Below are positions 63,441 to 64,000 of a DNA stretch of 64,000 bases, in pieces. Each line of letters starts with the position of its first letter. The stretch's first letter is position 1. This DNA comes from an uncultured Candidatus Saccharibacteria bacterium. Its GTDB lineage: Bacteria > Patescibacteriota > Saccharimonadia > Saccharimonadales > Saccharimonadaceae. The notes beneath the pieces are model-generated. The model ran no database searches. It was not told the DNA's origin and saw only the letters and a program-made list of their open reading frames with translations. The stretch covers positions 41,719 through 105,718 of the forward strand of contig CAUSVT010000004.1 of the NCBI GenBank assembly GCA_963535375.1, in the 5' to 3' direction. Made by a program: the position numbers and the translations under genes.

Positions 63441-63490
63441 TATACACCCGGTGTTTAGTTATTACAAGAGTTTTATACACTCAGTGTATA
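63441..63490. promoter_or_regulatory. Two palindromic operator-like sites upstream of padR
   Basis: TATACAC-TCA-GTGTATA (63474-63490) is a perfect 7-3-7 palindrome. TATACAC-CCG-GTGTTTA (63441-63457) overlaps the TGTATAGT -10 box, which is 6 nt from the padR ATG. The centres are 33 nt apart. Confidence 0.65.
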
Positions 63491-63633
63491 GTTTATGTTG
63501 GCAACTAACTATCCGCCCTCTTGCCGTACGTTTTACCCCATCACAAATACCTCGTTCTGTAGCCCACCGCCCAAACGCGAGTAAACTGCACCAGAATGCA
63601 TACTATTATGCAATTTTGACGTATAATGGATGC

Positions 63634-64000
63634 ATGGTTCAATTTTGCCGAGTATACAACAAACAACAGTCCGTCAAGTCGGCCATGATAGGCGTTGGTA
63701 AAATTATCAGCTTACCGCCCTACTTACTCCTGGCGATTGTCTTATTTGTGCTGTTTGCACTCATTATTTTCTTTGCCATCAATGCCAATTTTTACGGCCC
63801 GCTGATGATGTCGCGACTACCGATATTAGACAAAATCTCCCTTTTTGGAACCATGTTCATTGATATATTCAAACAGGGCTTCAGCTCACTCAATGGCGCA
63901 TTGCTCCTTGTAGTGTCACTCCTCCAAGGTCTGTCAATTACTGTCGTCATATTCACGGCCAAGAAAAATAAGCGTAACGAACAGTCGGTCACCAGACAAG
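63634..64000 (+). CDS. Membrane protein, N-terminal part (open-ended at the window end)
   Basis: The open frame from the ATG at 63634 reads MVQFCRVYNKQQSVKSAMIGVGKIISLPPYLLLAIVLFVLFALIIFFAI... TATAAT lies 6 nt upstream. Confidence 0.45.
   Translation, partial: MVQFCRVYNKQQSVKSAMIGVGKIISLPPYLLLAIVLFVLFALIIFFAINANFYGPLMMSRLPILDKISLFGTMFIDIFKQGFSSLNGALLLVVSLLQGLSITVVIFTAKKNKRNEQSVTRQ

Overview
This is a gene-dense 64-kb chromosomal segment with about 70 CDS and 4 tRNAs, mostly on the minus strand. I saw no rRNA, transposase, integrase or CRISPR. Recognisable content: hrcA-grpE-dnaK, tilS-ftsH-murJ-lepA, aspS, clpB, an arginine deiminase operon (arcA-arcB-arcD-arcC), several ABC transporters, three Nudix genes plus MazG and a deoxyribonucleotidase, two CorA and a CorC/CNNM gene, and LAxTG-anchored surface proteins. 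There are almost no biosynthetic genes. This fits a reduced-genome, Gram-positive-type episymbiont such as Saccharibacteria/TM7, but that assignment is inference only. Main observations: (1) lepA (EF4) is split at the domain II/III linker into two intact ORFs. They are separated by a 1.46-kb insert with two uncharacterised same-strand genes. Each gene, and the lepA C-half, has its own -10 box just upstream of its ATG, and a lepA-derived junction sequence is duplicated inside the insert. (2) A 3.3-kb gene for a sortase-anchored GH16 / BNR-propeller / helical-stalk surface protein sits between grpE and dnaK. dnaK is preceded by two tandem CIRCE operators. (3) A second BNR-propeller LAxTG protein shares a promoter-region motif with the first, and both carry perfect 126-bp in-frame tandem repeats. 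(4) An AT-rich islet carries a PIN-like (DUF4935-type) gene and a possible Tiki/ChaN-like gene. (5) About 20 genes have a TGnTAnAAT-type -10 box only 6-9 nt upstream of the ATG, which predicts widespread leaderless mRNAs. Smaller oddities are listed in the findings. All calls come from reading the sequence and the ORF track. No database search or numerical GC calculation was possible.
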